DNA from: a virus
Direction: 5' to 3' (one strand)
Length of the DNA: 64,000 bases
IMG/VR virus record: IMGVR_UViG_3300020048_000058
Part shown: positions 1-10,116 of the stretch, piece after piece
How positions within the stretch are numbered: the first letter of the stretch is position 1
How the letters are laid out: every line of letters begins with the position of its first letter
Program-made: the position numbers and the translations under genes
Notes under the pieces: generated by a model
Database searches by the model: none
What the model was told of the DNA's origin: nothing
Seen by the model: only the letters and a program-made list of their open reading frames with translations

Positions 1-915
1 ACGATTGGCAAGGAAAACCACGAGGTTTCTTCTCTTGATCCTGTAAAGGTTGAAGGAAAACTCTATTATCCCAAACCCAAGAAGATCAGAATCGGAGATG
101 AAGACTTAGAACCTCGTTCCCGCACATTTATTCGCGCGACACTAGACGATAATCCCTTCCTGAGAGATTCAGGGTATAGAGGGGTACTACAATCTCTCCC
201 TGAACCTTTGCGATCGCAACTTCTCTATGGTGATATGACTATCGAGCCAGAGTCAGACCCCTATCAAGTTATTCCTGGGGATTGGGTCACTTTGGCAATG
301 CAGCGATGGGTTGACTATCCTCAAGTCTTAAAAATGTCCCATATTGGCGTGGATGTGGCACGGGGTGGGATAGATAAGACGGTATTGGCTTTACGATGGG
401 ATAACTGGCTAGATAAACTCAGGGAATTTGATGGAAGCCAGACCCCAGACAGCAATATTGTCGCGCAGCAAATTGCCTCCTGTATGGCAAATACAGGGAT
501 AAAGGTACAAATTGACGTGATTGGGGTGGGTGCTGCGGTTCACGATACCTGCCGGGGGATGAAAATGCACGTTATTCCCTTGAAAGGAAGTGAAGCCGCG
601 AAGGATGGAAACGGCGAGTATTTAAAGGACAAAAGTGGGCTCTTAACCTTTGCCAATATGCGGACTTATTGGTATTGGAATCTGCGAGACTTATTAGATC
701 CCAAAAATCAAATCCCGATCTCCTTACCTCCCGACGATCAATTAAAAGAAGAACTCTGTGCCTTCCGGTGGTGGGAAAGCGGGAAAACAATCATGATTAC
801 CAAAAAAGATGATATTAAAAGCATTATCGGGCGATCGCCTAACTTAGCCGATGCGGTATGCTATGCGTTCGCCAAAACTTACCGAGAAGGATTAGCCGAT
901 TGGATGAAAAAATAG
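1..915 (+). CDS. terL: terminase large subunit, C-terminal (nuclease) part; 5' end is outside the window
   Basis: Frame 1 is open from base 1 (RTFIRATLDDNPFLRDSGY) into listed ORF 208..915. HIGVDVARGGIDKTV, IDVIGVGAAVHD and LADAVCYAF resemble the RNaseH-like nuclease motifs of phage large terminases. Confidence 0.7.
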   Translation, partial: TIGKENHEVSSLDPVKVEGKLYYPKPKKIRIGDEDLEPRSRTFIRATLDDNPFLRDSGYRGVLQSLPEPLRSQLLYGDMTIEPESDPYQVIPGDWVTLAMQRWVDYPQVLKMSHIGVDVARGGIDKTVLALRWDNWLDKLREFDGSQTPDSNIVAQQIASCMANTGIKVQIDVIGVGAAVHDTCRGMKMHVIPLKGSEAAKDGNGEYLKDKSGLLTFANMRTYWYWNLRDLLDPKNQIPISLPPDDQLKEELCAFRWWESGKTIMITKKDDIKSIIGRSPNLADAVCYAFAKTYREGLADWMKK

Positions 916-917
916 GT

Positions 918-1334
918 TCATAACCCAATAAAACAGTCAATTTGAAACGTGGAGATTGCTACCCAAAGCCGAGAAGAAGTCTGTTGCACCGTTGTAGCGT
1001 TAACTTCCCCTTTTAGCTGTACCTTTGCAGTTGAAAGCTCTAGCGCTCTAACAACCTCCTCGTTAATGGAGAATATCCCGTGTCTGGCATAGATAGCCTC
1101 GGTTGCCTTTTCGATCTCCGCATTTAAACGGGAGCTACAACCCATCGAAATCATCACGTTCCCCGTGAGAGATCCTAGATCGGATGTGTACCAATCTATC
1201 GCACCCGTCCGTTCCCCTACCATTAAGTCCCGCCCAAAGTCGAGGTCTTTTAAATAGAATGCTTTAAGAAATGCTTGTTCAACTTGAGGGACAAACAATT
1301 CTATGGTCTGTTTTAATTCTTGGCGATAATTCAT
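918..1334 (-). CDS. hypothetical protein (reverse-oriented between terminase and virion genes)
   Basis: 138-aa ORF with an ATG start that fills the gap exactly. No recognisable motif. Confidence 0.5.
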   Translation of the reverse strand: MNYRQELKQTIELFVPQVEQAFLKAFYLKDLDFGRDLMVGERTGAIDWYTSDLGSLTGNVMISMGCSSRLNAEIEKATEAIYARHGIFSINEEVVRALELSTAKVQLKGEVNATTVQQTSSRLWVAISTFQIDCFIGL

Positions 1335-2084
1335 GCAATAATATTGTTATTAGTCTTTAATTTTATGTTCACCCTCTCTAATTCTAACCTACCTGAAACA
1401 ATCCTGAGTCCATTCAATCTATTGGCTCCTATTTTGTCTGCACAAGGAAGTCAGGTATTAGCTCCTTTGTTTCAAACTAAAACATTTCATAAATATCCTG
1501 GCGTTAACCCTTCCCCAATAGAGCTAACAACCCCTGATGCCATCTTTACCCTCTATAAAATAGACCTGCCTTTTTTAGCCGTTTTGCGAGTCGGGATAAA
1601 CAATTTCATTCAAACTACTAACCCAGATAGATTGACTGGGCAGAGATTCTATTTAGAGAATACCACCGTCTATTTTGCGACCAATACCGTCCCCGATAGT
1701 ATTAATTTAACCGTAGAATTTAACGCGCCTATCCCCAGGGTAATGTGTGAGTTGATAGTATCTGTTCCCTTGGGAATGATTGTATCTCAAGTTTTAAATA
1801 GAGGTGTCCCTCTTAGTTTTGGACAAGTAGGAGAGCGAATTGTGATCGATTGCTCTGATTCCTGCTGCCGGATTAGAGGAGGGGAAACTTTAGAGATGAC
1901 AGGGCAATATACCGCACCCCAGAAGTTAATTGGTCAACTCAATGTCTTTGATATTGGGGAGGACTTAGGGTTTATCGACTATGTAGAATGGAGAGGTAGA
2001 CGGTTCGTTGAACCGCAGGGGGAATTTGCTCCTGGTCAGTTTTTCTGGGATGATGCCATTCAATCTTTGAAACTAATCACTTGA
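1320..2084 (+). CDS. hypothetical virion-module protein (first ATG at 1365)
   Basis: Long ORF, 4 bp from the next co-oriented gene. The TTG at 1320 is uncertain; an in-frame ATG lies at 1365. Confidence 0.55.
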   Translation: MAIIHAIILLLVFNFMFTLSNSNLPETILSPFNLLAPILSAQGSQVLAPLFQTKTFHKYPGVNPSPIELTTPDAIFTLYKIDLPFLAVLRVGINNFIQTTNPDRLTGQRFYLENTTVYFATNTVPDSINLTVEFNAPIPRVMCELIVSVPLGMIVSQVLNRGVPLSFGQVGERIVIDCSDSCCRIRGGETLEMTGQYTAPQKLIGQLNVFDIGEDLGFIDYVEWRGRRFVEPQGEFAPGQFFWDDAIQSLKLIT

Positions 2085-2088
2085 TACC

Positions 2089-4443
2089 ATGCCTATTGTT
2101 TCCCGTCGATTGTTTAAAAATAACATTGTCAAAAACCCTCCTAGCCTTCCAGTTCCGATAAAACTGGGATCATTAACTGTTACAAAGAGTTTCCAAGATC
2201 ATCCCAGTGCCTCAATTACCTATGAAGGGATTTTAGAAGAGGATATTAGCAGTTACGAACAGGTTTATGAACCTTCTAGGAGTACAAGAATCAGTATAGA
2301 CGGGATTCCATTTAGAGTCGCTCCCGATGGAGGCTATAGCTATGAAAGAACTGGATATTTATATAAAGGAACCAAAAAAATAAATGTTTATACTGTCTCA
2401 ATCAACCTAGAAGGATGGTGGAAGGTTTATTGTTCACGGTCGGTGAAAATTAAGCCTTTGGTTAATATGGCTACAGGGACATTATCAGCGAGTCGGTTGG
2501 CATCCAAAGCGGGTGTCAATCTGTCTGGCGGGTTTGACATCTTCCTTGATGAAGTTGGTGAAGACTCCATGATGTCTCTGGATGATGTATTGGAGGAATA
2601 TGCCTTAGTAGAGGGCTGTTACGTCCATTATGGGCAGTTTGTTGCGTTAAAAAACATCAATTCCGGCTCCTCTTATAGTTTTAGTTGGGAAGAACAACTA
2701 TCGGACGGTTCTAACCAGCTAGGAGTTGCACCCTATTACAATGGAGCCGCGCTAACCTGGACTCCAAGGGAAAGCAACAAAGAGCAAGTTGACCCGAATG
2801 CACCCCCCGAATTCAAGGAAAAAGAACCCGAATTTAAAACTGAATATGAATATGACCAAGACGTAACAAACCCACCAAGAGGAACAGCTATTTTAAGGAG
2901 TTTAGACAGCAACTTAGACCAATCTGGCCCTAAGAAAGTTAGGAGGACAACCTACTCAATTGACGGACAAACAGACAGAGAAGTGATTGAAACATGGGGA
3001 TTTGCTTATTACTTAAAAGATTTTCAAGAGACTCCAGATGGTTTTATGATATTAAGGCCTTGGCTATATTGGACATTAATCGAATTTCAGGAAACTCGTT
3101 ATTATTATCAGGAGGTGGTTTCACCGATTTACACACTTGCTAAACCTCAAAACACACAAGAAATAAAGTATGAATTAGTTGTGCATCCAGATTATGAAGA
3201 TTATGTAGAAAGTGTGGGGTTTGATGGGATTAAGTTTAAGGCTTCAAAGGCTAAATATTTAACAAGTATTGTCACGTCTGGATGGAAATTAAGCCGATTT
3301 CAACAAGAAGAAATAGGAGGAGACACCGATACAAGTCAGATGGATGTAGATGATAATGGGAATATAATAGATCCTTGGTGGAAAGTAGTTAAATTTCAAA
3401 AAATAAACAGGCAAGATGTAACCAACTTTTATCTAAAATCAATGCGCGCAGATTACGAACAGGATGCAGTTCCCTATAGCATTGAGTGGGTTTTTTGGGA
3501 TGAAATGGACGAGCAGATGCAGCGAATGATGTTCTCAAAAGTTACACCCCCAAGAGAGGGTTCTAATCAAAGGTTGAAAGTGGGCTTAATTACTGCCGAC
3601 ATGGATTTTGTAGAGCCAATGCTGGCGTGGACAGAATCTAGGCAAGCGTCTTCGATTGCAACAATGGCTCACCCTGACTCAACCGACGAAGATCCCCTCC
3701 CCGCTTTGGTAACGGGAGAAGAAAGCTATTATCAATCAATTTGGACTAAAAAGAACGACGAATATTCAACCGAGAAAATAGTGGAGTTAACCGCATCGGG
3801 AGCCGGGTTTGTGGATGGGGTTGAGAATATTCGATATCGAGAGATTCAGGGTAGGCCACCAGAAGCTCAATACAGGAAAACAACATGGGAGCAACAACAA
3901 CCAAAAGCCACAACAACACTTACAATAACAAAGAGCACCGTAAAACGATATTTTGTCTACTCTGATTCAATCCCTAAATGGGCATCAGAAGGGGGAGAAA
4001 GTCTAAGTTTTGGGGCTGCCTCTACACTTAGTCAAGCAGAAAAAGCAGCTAAAACTCAACTTACAATTAACACCCTTCAAAGTACCCAAGAAACCCGGAC
4101 AGTTAGCTGGCACTTCCCGAACATTGAGGGGGGAGATTTTTGCACTTTCAGTGGGGATAGATTTCGGGGGAGATTTAGGGTGTTGTCGGCTTCTTATACC
4201 CTGGAATATGACGGAAGCCAAAATGCCTATGGACTAGATCCAATCTGCAAAACGGACGGAACAAAGTTGACACTGGGATTGTGGGACAGTCGCTCTATTC
4301 GTGTTGAGACAAGAAAAGATATTGTTCCGTCTAACGAAGGTTCAGATAACAACCAAGGAGAAGATCCAAAAGTAGACAATAATGCCACTATAATTACTTT
4401 AGGAGGGGTTTTGCCCTCAACTGTCCCCGGTCGGAGAAATTAA
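2089..4443 (+). CDS. large virion-associated protein (784 aa), function unknown
   Basis: Uninterrupted 2.35-kb ORF in the structural gene block downstream of the terminase. Confidence 0.65.
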   Translation: MPIVSRRLFKNNIVKNPPSLPVPIKLGSLTVTKSFQDHPSASITYEGILEEDISSYEQVYEPSRSTRISIDGIPFRVAPDGGYSYERTGYLYKGTKKINVYTVSINLEGWWKVYCSRSVKIKPLVNMATGTLSASRLASKAGVNLSGGFDIFLDEVGEDSMMSLDDVLEEYALVEGCYVHYGQFVALKNINSGSSYSFSWEEQLSDGSNQLGVAPYYNGAALTWTPRESNKEQVDPNAPPEFKEKEPEFKTEYEYDQDVTNPPRGTAILRSLDSNLDQSGPKKVRRTTYSIDGQTDREVIETWGFAYYLKDFQETPDGFMILRPWLYWTLIEFQETRYYYQEVVSPIYTLAKPQNTQEIKYELVVHPDYEDYVESVGFDGIKFKASKAKYLTSIVTSGWKLSRFQQEEIGGDTDTSQMDVDDNGNIIDPWWKVVKFQKINRQDVTNFYLKSMRADYEQDAVPYSIEWVFWDEMDEQMQRMMFSKVTPPREGSNQRLKVGLITADMDFVEPMLAWTESRQASSIATMAHPDSTDEDPLPALVTGEESYYQSIWTKKNDEYSTEKIVELTASGAGFVDGVENIRYREIQGRPPEAQYRKTTWEQQQPKATTTLTITKSTVKRYFVYSDSIPKWASEGGESLSFGAASTLSQAEKAAKTQLTINTLQSTQETRTVSWHFPNIEGGDFCTFSGDRFRGRFRVLSASYTLEYDGSQNAYGLDPICKTDGTKLTLGLWDSRSIRVETRKDIVPSNEGSDNNQGEDPKVDNNATIITLGGVLPSTVPGRRN

Positions 4444-4445
4444 GA

Positions 4446-4619
4446 ATGTCATCCCCAAAAGAAAGAGAATTAGCAGCTAAACTTTTAAGGATATTAAGCA
4501 ATGGACAGCCAACTTGGAATATTTCAGGAAGTTCCATTACGGGCAGATATAGAGGGAAAACAGTAAGAGCAACAAACCAAACCAGAACGTTAAGGGAGTC
4601 AGTAGCATGGCGACGGTAA
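4446..4619 (+). CDS. small hypothetical protein (57 aa, below the ORF-track cutoff)
   Basis: ATG lies 3 nt after the upstream stop. Its stop overlaps the ATG of ORF 4607 (ATGGCGACGGTAA). Confidence 0.3.
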   Translation: MSSPKERELAAKLLRILSNGQPTWNISGSSITGRYRGKTVRATNQTRTLRESVAWRR

Positions 4620-4813
4620 ATCAAATCGCATCTCAGACTTTAAGTAGATTAAATGGTCGTAACAAATCAGTGTTAATTGGCAAGGCTTACCCCCTAGGGA
4701 ATAGTGGATCTGTATTCTCTGGGATGGGTAAAAGTTTTGTAGCCAAAGGGGTGGTTACTGGTAAGGCGATCGCCTTTAAGCACAATGGTAAATGGCAAGT
4801 TGTACAAGGTTAA
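4607..4813 (+). CDS. hypothetical protein (68 aa)
   Basis: Co-oriented ORF. Its last codons form the first unit of the 16-bp tandem repeat. Confidence 0.4.
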   Translation: MATVNQIASQTLSRLNGRNKSVLIGKAYPLGNSGSVFSGMGKSFVAKGVVTGKAIAFKHNGKWQVVQG

Positions 4814-4976
4814 ATGAGTACAAGGTTAAATGAGTACAAGGTTAAATGAGTACAAGGTTGAATGAGTACAAGGTTGAATGAGTACAAGGTTAAATGAGTA
4901 CAAGGTTAAATGAGTACAAGGTTAAATGAGTACAAGGTTGAATGAGTACAAGGTTGAATGAGTACAAGGTTAAAAT
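4802..4976. repeat. 16-bp tandem repeat GTACAAGGTT(A/G)AATGA, 10 full units plus a partial 11th, with an 80-bp higher-order period
   Basis: Read directly. Units start at 4802, 4818, ... 4946, and 4962 is partial. The variant pattern is A A A G G A A A G G A. Confidence 0.97.
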
Positions 4977-6704
4977 ATGCTGACTTACGCTGGTATTCCC
5001 TCTCAAATTCCTGCTCCGGTTGTCTCGGTAATTTCGGGAAGCCTAACGGGTTCGGTAGCAGGATCTCTATATTGGCAGATGCGGAACCGCCAAGGATTTA
5101 ACCTGTATTCCCCACCAACCGCCATTAGTTTAACAACAGGTCAAGGGTTGACTGTAATTGTGCCTGACTGTAATTGTGATGGGTATGATCCGGTCTCCTA
5201 TGTGTTGTCATTCTCCCCGACAAATACCTATTTTGCTGCTTACGTGATCGCTACTTACTCGGCTTCAGACACTTTACCTGGAACGTTAACAATTAACAAA
5301 AATGAATATTTTGTCACTCAAAGAAGTGTGGCAAATACATCCCAAATCCCTGCCAACAAAATCAATGGGATGCGGGTTTACGTTGACGAATGGGGAGAAA
5401 TCAGGGAATGGCAAGACGGTCAATGGTTAAAAGTTTATCCCCAGGAATTCCAAACCTTAATTACATCGACTCGCTCAGTAAACGGCTGTGATAGGTTGCT
5501 TTCTGATTTCACGGATGAGCAAAAAGAAATTATTATCCGTCCCGATTATGCGGTTGACAGAAGTTACTCGGAACCCGTCAAGTTTTGGCTCAGGAATGAA
5601 ACGACATCTCCCTATTTTGCAGGGAGATCCATATCAGTAGGGATATCGTGGGGAGATACGGACTTAACTGATCTGTTTTTTGGTGCGGGTGCGGTCAATT
5701 TGACATTTTTAGGATACGTTAACTTAACTAATGGATCTCTGGACACCTCCGCGTCAGGCGGTGGGGAGATGACGGGAATTAATCAAAGAATTACTTATAC
5801 CAACAACAATTCGGGATTGATCTTGGAGAAAGATTTGCCACCAGGATATGCCTATCTAGTTGCTGTCGAGATTCAGGTTGACGTGGCAAGTTTAGGGGGG
5901 AGAGTAGCTGAGAATGCCCAGATAGAGGTCAGCTTGTCAATTGGGGAACGGGTTGGCTACTATTCGGGTGTAGCTGCAATCATTGGCAATTTAATTAGTG
6001 CGGGGTTGGATCTACGTCGAATTGTCCCTGATACGGGTTTAAGCGCGATCGCCTTATCGGGATCGGGAATTGTCAATGGGCGATCATTTATTGGAGTAGG
6101 AGAGCGTGGGGTCTTTGGTTTAGTTGCCAACGCTGCCAATCAAATCGTTGCTATTAACGGGAATGGGACTTGTTTCGCAGTTTCGGAGTTAGGATCGGGT
6201 CAAGTATTGAGGGCTAAAGTCGGGACATTAAATGGTTGTGGAAAAGCAATTGTGGCAGGGAGTGTAACGTTAAGCCCTTCAACACAATTACAGGTTGAAC
6301 TAACGCATCCCGCAAATATCAGATCCGACTATCTTGATGTCATTGCAGGAAATTCAAAAGGGAATTTCAATGCAACAGATATATGGATCTGGATAGGGGG
6401 AAATAAGTTTAGCACTCCAGTGCAGTTAGGCGAAGCAACTCAAACTATTGTCTTAACTGGATCAGGAGGAGAGGCAACTACTGTTCCTAATTCGGAACTG
6501 GGATTGTACAGCCCTGTAATTAACTCTGTAGCTGCCGTCAGTGGGGCTTCAGGCTTCGCTAGTGGGAGTTATTTGGTCACAGTCGCATATTACTACACAA
6601 ACACTGTGACAGCCATTTCTCACCAAGGGATTTTAGAGATGGATTCTGATATTTTGAGTTTTATTGAAAACTCGGCTAAAAAATATGCCTTAGTCTTAGG
6701 ATAA
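4977..6704 (+). CDS. virion structural protein (575 aa), function unknown
   Basis: Long ORF in the structural block. The ATG is supplied by the last partial repeat unit (AAGGTTAAAATATG). Confidence 0.6.
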   Translation: MLTYAGIPSQIPAPVVSVISGSLTGSVAGSLYWQMRNRQGFNLYSPPTAISLTTGQGLTVIVPDCNCDGYDPVSYVLSFSPTNTYFAAYVIATYSASDTLPGTLTINKNEYFVTQRSVANTSQIPANKINGMRVYVDEWGEIREWQDGQWLKVYPQEFQTLITSTRSVNGCDRLLSDFTDEQKEIIIRPDYAVDRSYSEPVKFWLRNETTSPYFAGRSISVGISWGDTDLTDLFFGAGAVNLTFLGYVNLTNGSLDTSASGGGEMTGINQRITYTNNNSGLILEKDLPPGYAYLVAVEIQVDVASLGGRVAENAQIEVSLSIGERVGYYSGVAAIIGNLISAGLDLRRIVPDTGLSAIALSGSGIVNGRSFIGVGERGVFGLVANAANQIVAINGNGTCFAVSELGSGQVLRAKVGTLNGCGKAIVAGSVTLSPSTQLQVELTHPANIRSDYLDVIAGNSKGNFNATDIWIWIGGNKFSTPVQLGEATQTIVLTGSGGEATTVPNSELGLYSPVINSVAAVSGASGFASGSYLVTVAYYYTNTVTAISHQGILEMDSDILSFIENSAKKYALVLG

Positions 6705-6808
6705 TTTTAAAAAATATGCTTTAGTCCTGGGGTGAATTTTCTTAAATTAAAAATGCAATCAATAAAAGAGGGGTTAAAATTAATTATAAATCCTTCTGTT
6801 TTTAAAAG

Positions 6809-7264
6809 ATGCCTGATATTAGTACACAGCAAACGGAGGCGGCTGCTTTAATTAAAGAGCAAATAGAGGCCCTGGAGAACCCGGCACAGACACTTCCCTA
6901 CTGGGAGATTTATCGTGCTATCTCAAACGACGGGGGATCTGCGGATGTTTCCACACTTGCCAAAGAAGCAACACTTGGTGCGATCAACGCAAAACTTCCA
7001 TCTTTATCAAGTGGTAGAGTCCCAGTCTCTTTACCAACAATAACAGCCGAGTTAGATTGTAGATTGCTAACAACAAATACAACAATTGCAACTGGTAGTT
7101 ATTTCATTTATTTAAAGGTACTCGTAGGGGATGTAACTATTAATGGATTAACATTTTCATCCGGTGAAAATCTAAACTTTGAAGCCATTAATAATGTTCT
7201 ATACCCCGCCATTGAGTTAGTAATTTCTAATGGTAAATCAGTCCGATTAGTGAGAGGATATTAA
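6809..7264 (+). CDS. hypothetical virion-module protein
   Basis: 151-aa ORF, 1 nt from the tail-fibre gene start. Confidence 0.55.
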   Translation: MPDISTQQTEAAALIKEQIEALENPAQTLPYWEIYRAISNDGGSADVSTLAKEATLGAINAKLPSLSSGRVPVSLPTITAELDCRLLTTNTTIATGSYFIYLKVLVGDVTINGLTFSSGENLNFEAINNVLYPAIELVISNGKSVRLVRGY

Positions 7265-7265
7265 C

Positions 7266-8960
7266 ATGGGAATGTTTTCGGATATTGATTATTCTTTGAT
7301 TGTTTTGCAATTAGAGAAGGCAATGGCTAATGGTGTGGCTACCTTGGATTCAAATACTAAGGTTCCTAAAGCTCAGATTAGTTTAACCGCTTCTGATGTT
7401 GGTGCGATCGCGTCTACTGGCAACGAAGTTTTAACAAGTTTAAACGCCGCGTCTGGCACAATTTCATCTGGGCTTTTACCGTCTTATGTTGATGATGTCC
7501 TGAGTTATACAAACCTTGCCGGGTTCCCAGGTACTGGCGAAGCTGGAAAGATTTACGTTGCAGAAGATTCCAATAAAGTTTACCGATGGTCGGGTTCTGT
7601 TTATGTTGAGATATCGAGTTCTGCTACTGCGGGAGAGGCTTTAAAACTAACCACGCCACGGACAATTGAAGCGACGGGAGATGCAAGTTATTCGGCATCT
7701 TTTGATGGTTCAACCAATGTTACAAGTGCGATAACACTGGCAACGGTCAATAATAATACTGGTTCTTTCGGTAGCGCTAGTTCAATTCCTGCTATTACTG
7801 TCAATGCTAAGGGTCAAGTAACTGCGGTTTCAACTAACAGTATCGGGAATGAATTAATTGCATTACAATCTTTAGCTGACACCCCAGGATTTTTAAAGAA
7901 AACTGGTAACGGGACTTATTCTATTGATGTTAATTCCTATCTTTCATTGGCAGGTGGGACTATCACGGGGGACTTGATTTCAACTAGCGCAACGGCATCA
8001 ACATCAACAACTACAGGGGCTTTAAGGGTCGCTAGTTTAGGGGTTACGGGTGCTATTTTTGCTGGTACTGTTAGTGCCAATTCTTACAATTTGATTCCTA
8101 TTTGGAGAGGAGAGGGAAACATAGGCACAAATACAGTAACAGGAGTTAGTGCGCTTTTGTCCAATACAACAGGAGGGAATTTATCTGCCTTTGGAGTTAA
8201 TTCGCTTCTGTCCAATACCACAGGATGGAATTTATCTGCCTTTGGAGTTAATTCGCTTCTGTCCAATACCACAGGATGGAATTTATCTGCCTTTGGAGCT
8301 TTTTCGCTTCAGTCCAATACAACAGGAGGGAATTTATCTGCTTTTGGAGTTAGTGCCGGACGCTTTATTTCCGATGGCGTTACGGGGCTAACAATATCAA
8401 ATAACTCTTGTTTCTTCGGCATGAACACCAAAGGAACCCAGAACGCAACCAATGAGAACGTATTTGGCTACAACGCCACCGGAAACGGCTCAAACACCGT
8501 AACAATTGGTGATTCAAATATTACCAATACCTACCTAAGAGGTGTGATATCAACTAATTCCACAACACCTTCAACCTCTCCCACCACGGGAGCTAGTGTA
8601 ATTCCTGGGGGTCAAGGGGTTCAGGGAAATCAATATGTTGGGGGTTTTAGTTCTTTGGGTGGGGACGCAAGTCATCCAGGGATTAAGATTAAGGTGCTAA
8701 CGGGAACTACGGCAGCAACACAAGGGGGGGGTGTAGGAATAGCTCATGGAATAGCTGATATAAACAAAATAATTTCAGTTAATCTTTGGGTGAATACAGG
8801 TCAGGGGTTGGGGTTATTTGCACCCCCTAATTATACAAATGGAGCCATCCAATATAATTTTATGCTTTATGGGGGTCATATTTCTGTAGAAAATCACCCA
8901 TCAAACAGTTACAACCTTTTGTCAAAACCAGTCACAATAACAATAATTTACACGGCATAA
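7266..8960 (+). CDS. tail fibre protein
   Basis: N-terminal ATLDSNTKVPKAQISL and FPGTGEAGKIYVAEDSNKVYRWSGSVYVEIS motifs are typical of phage tail fibres. Also contains Gly/Ser/Thr-rich repeats. Confidence 0.75.
   Translation: MGMFSDIDYSLIVLQLEKAMANGVATLDSNTKVPKAQISLTASDVGAIASTGNEVLTSLNAASGTISSGLLPSYVDDVLSYTNLAGFPGTGEAGKIYVAEDSNKVYRWSGSVYVEISSSATAGEALKLTTPRTIEATGDASYSASFDGSTNVTSAITLATVNNNTGSFGSASSIPAITVNAKGQVTAVSTNSIGNELIALQSLADTPGFLKKTGNGTYSIDVNSYLSLAGGTITGDLISTSATASTSTTTGALRVASLGVTGAIFAGTVSANSYNLIPIWRGEGNIGTNTVTGVSALLSNTTGGNLSAFGVNSLLSNTTGWNLSAFGVNSLLSNTTGWNLSAFGAFSLQSNTTGGNLSAFGVSAGRFISDGVTGLTISNNSCFFGMNTKGTQNATNENVFGYNATGNGSNTVTIGDSNITNTYLRGVISTNSTTPSTSPTTGASVIPGGQGVQGNQYVGGFSSLGGDASHPGIKIKVLTGTTAATQGGGVGIAHGIADINKIISVNLWVNTGQGLGLFAPPNYTNGAIQYNFMLYGGHISVENHPSNSYNLLSKPVTITIIYTA
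8160..8363 (+). repeat. 4 x 51-bp in-frame tandem repeat inside the tail fibre gene (SNTTG(G/W)NLSAFG(V/A)(N/F)SL(L/Q))
   Basis: Units start at 8160, 8211, 8262 and 8313. Units 2 and 3 are nearly identical. Confidence 0.9.
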
Positions 8961-8964
8961 AATC

Positions 8965-9300
8965 ATGACTATTGAGAAAAAAGACCATTTTTTTGTATTG
9001 CAAAGCCAACAGATTCCCGTGAGTGGGATTTTATTGGATGTTGTAATTGAATTGTGTCACCAATATTCAATTGTTGACACGGAAACTGGAGAAGTTTTGG
9101 GGACAAGTCCAGGTGAAGGTATCTTAAATTTGGGAACACCCAATGAATTAGAAGTCGAGTTTCCTGGATTTTCAGAGCGGATGGAATGGATAAAAATTGC
9201 TTTGGTTACTAAGGCAATGGGAATAATAGCCACCAGAAAAGCTGCGGAATTAGCTGCAATTGAAGCGTCAAAAAACAACCCAATAACACCAATAGAATGA
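8965..9300 (+). CDS. hypothetical protein
   Basis: 111-aa ORF. Its stop overlaps the next start (ATGA). Confidence 0.5.
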   Translation: MTIEKKDHFFVLQSQQIPVSGILLDVVIELCHQYSIVDTETGEVLGTSPGEGILNLGTPNELEVEFPGFSERMEWIKIALVTKAMGIIATRKAAELAAIEASKNNPITPIE

Positions 9301-9674
9301 TATCAATTTTCTCGCTCCCGTTTAATCAGTCCGGTTATGCTTTCTTGCTTTTCTTTGCCGGACTGATTTCTATTATTAATGGATTTTCCTTGATATTCGA
9401 TAACCGAAAGTTGAATCAATACTTGTCATCTACTCTGTTGATAAATAACGGATTGATGTTGATATTTGATGGTTTTTATAGGCTTGGGCATTACAAATTC
9501 GGTTATATTAAAATAACCACTTTGGTTATCCAGGTTTTTATCAGTTTTTTATCATTACTATTAATTTGGTCATATCACCATGAACAGAATGAACAGAACA
9601 CGCACATCGCAAAACGGGAAAAAGGTTCAGGATGGGGATTTTTTAGATTTAAAAAACCTACCAGAAGGGAATAA
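9297..9674 (+). CDS. membrane protein (about 3 TM segments)
   Basis: Hydrophobic stretches FLLFFAGLISIINGF, LLINNGLMLIFDGF and LVIQVFISFLSLLLIW. Confidence 0.5.
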   Translation: MISIFSLPFNQSGYAFLLFFAGLISIINGFSLIFDNRKLNQYLSSTLLINNGLMLIFDGFYRLGHYKFGYIKITTLVIQVFISFLSLLLIWSYHHEQNEQNTHIAKREKGSGWGFFRFKKPTRRE

Positions 9675-9729
9675 ATATTGCAACATCCCACGCCCCCTTT
9701 TTAAGTTGAGATATTTAGAGCAGGCGTTA

Positions 9730-10116
9730 ATGTTCAATCATCACTTTTTTGTGATGATTTTGGTAGGCATATCTAGTAGTGTCTTTGGCCCACTGAAAAC
9801 ACCTATTATTTGGATTAATGCAAACATTGATTTTTTTAACGCCTTCTTTTTTGGCGTGGGAGTCAGTGGCGTTATTTGTTGGACTTTTGTTTATAAACTC
9901 AAGAAAGAGTTTCGTAGAGAAGTTAGTGATTTTGCCTGGACTGGGTGTTACATTCTACTGAACATTTGCCACATATTATCGGTGGTTTTTGTTATCGGAT
10001 TTTTTCTTAGTGTGGGGATTAAACAAAGCGGTCAGATTTCCTCTTTGGCTTGCGGTATCTTTTCTTCTATGTTGATAGGAATTATATTAAGTATTAAATA
10101 TGCCTACAAATCTTGA
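9730..10116 (+). CDS. membrane protein (multi-TM); start chosen at an internal ATG of listed ORF 9580..10116
   Basis: The first 95 nt of the listed ORF overlap 9297..9674. The first ATG after that overlap is at 9730 (MFNHHFFVMILVG). Confidence 0.45.
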   Translation: MFNHHFFVMILVGISSSVFGPLKTPIIWINANIDFFNAFFFGVGVSGVICWTFVYKLKKEFRREVSDFAWTGCYILLNICHILSVVFVIGFFLSVGIKQSGQISSLACGIFSSMLIGIILSIKYAYKS

